A DNA stretch of 64,000 nt from Pecten maximus (Eukaryota), in NCBI RefSeq assembly GCF_902652985.1, contig NC_047025.1:36890001-36954000 (forward strand), in the 5' to 3' direction. The notes below the pieces were generated by a model. That model searched no databases and was not told the DNA's origin. It saw only the letters and a list, made by a program, of their open reading frames with translations. Of the stretch, positions 63,413 to 64,000 are shown in pieces. The first letter of the stretch is position 1, and every line of letters starts with the position of its first letter. The position numbers and the translations under genes were made by a program.

Positions 63413-63665
63413 CACCTGCTGGGAGATATTTAAACCGTTTGGGAGTTATTTCAATTTCTTGGAGCTACTACATCTTCTAGGAAGTATTTACACCTGCTGG
63501 GAGCTATTAAACCGCCATTGAGTTATCACATCTTCTGGGAGCTATTTGCACCTTTCTTGGAACTATTTACACCTTACGGGAGCTATTACACTCTCTAGAA
63601 GCTATTGCCCCTGCTGTGGCTATTACACATTTTTTGAACTATTTACATCTTCTATGAGCCATTTT
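63413..63665. repeat. Degenerate ~21-22-bp tandem repeat (TTACACCTKCTGGGAGCTAT-like), ~12 copies
   Basis: Recurring GGAGCTATT/ACACC motifs. Confidence 0.7.
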
Positions 63666-64000
63666 CATCGTTATTGGTTTATTTTGTCCCATTTACATCG
63701 ATAAGCTCTATGCTGTACCCATAAGGAGGGTAGTATGTAGCTACTCACTAATCCGGTACCTAAGCGGACTATACATTATACATGTGTACCTTTACGCATT
63801 ATCTTTAACCCAGTATTTTAATGCGGATTAACTTACTTTTAGATTTAGGTCGGATTTGAATCCAGTAATTAGAAAGTCATTGTAAAGTTTTGTATAGGAT
63901 ATGTAAAGGGCGAACCAAGTGTGTGGAGTTAGCAATTCTCACACCTTTTATTTTCGGATAAACATGTGTTATTTTTTGTTCCCAGAAGTACTGTGATCGT

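Overview
AT-rich animal genomic DNA, most likely a bivalve mollusc (inferred from pearl/HINE-type elements, satellite style and an invertebrate-type 5S sequence). It holds one complete 12-exon NECAB-like gene (+, CDS 22655-33651, 332 aa by manual splicing) head-to-head with the first exon of a MORN1-like gene (-), plus an orphan first-exon-like ORF near 1 kb. There are two recent Ty3/Gypsy LTR retrotransposons: an intact one at 7103-15394 (gag/pol joined by a UUUAAAC -1 frameshift with a predicted pseudoknot) and a Mag/Steamer-like one at 38717-43194 with two gag deletions. Many minisatellites, MITEs, HINEs and SINE/LINE fragments are also present. The most unusual structure is at 19.1-22.05 kb: two tail-to-tail miniature non-coding LTR elements (TRIMs) with Pol III promoter sequences in their LTRs. 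One carries a 5S rRNA internal control region (Cassandra/Ajax-like; its 5' LTR is split by two nested DNA transposons). The other carries tRNA-like LTRs (Helenus-like) and shares an atypical PBS with the intact Gypsy element. Also notable: NECAB exon 10 is preceded by four tandem copies of its own splice acceptor and 5' exon half, each ending in an in-frame stop. All calls are by eye; no database searches were run.
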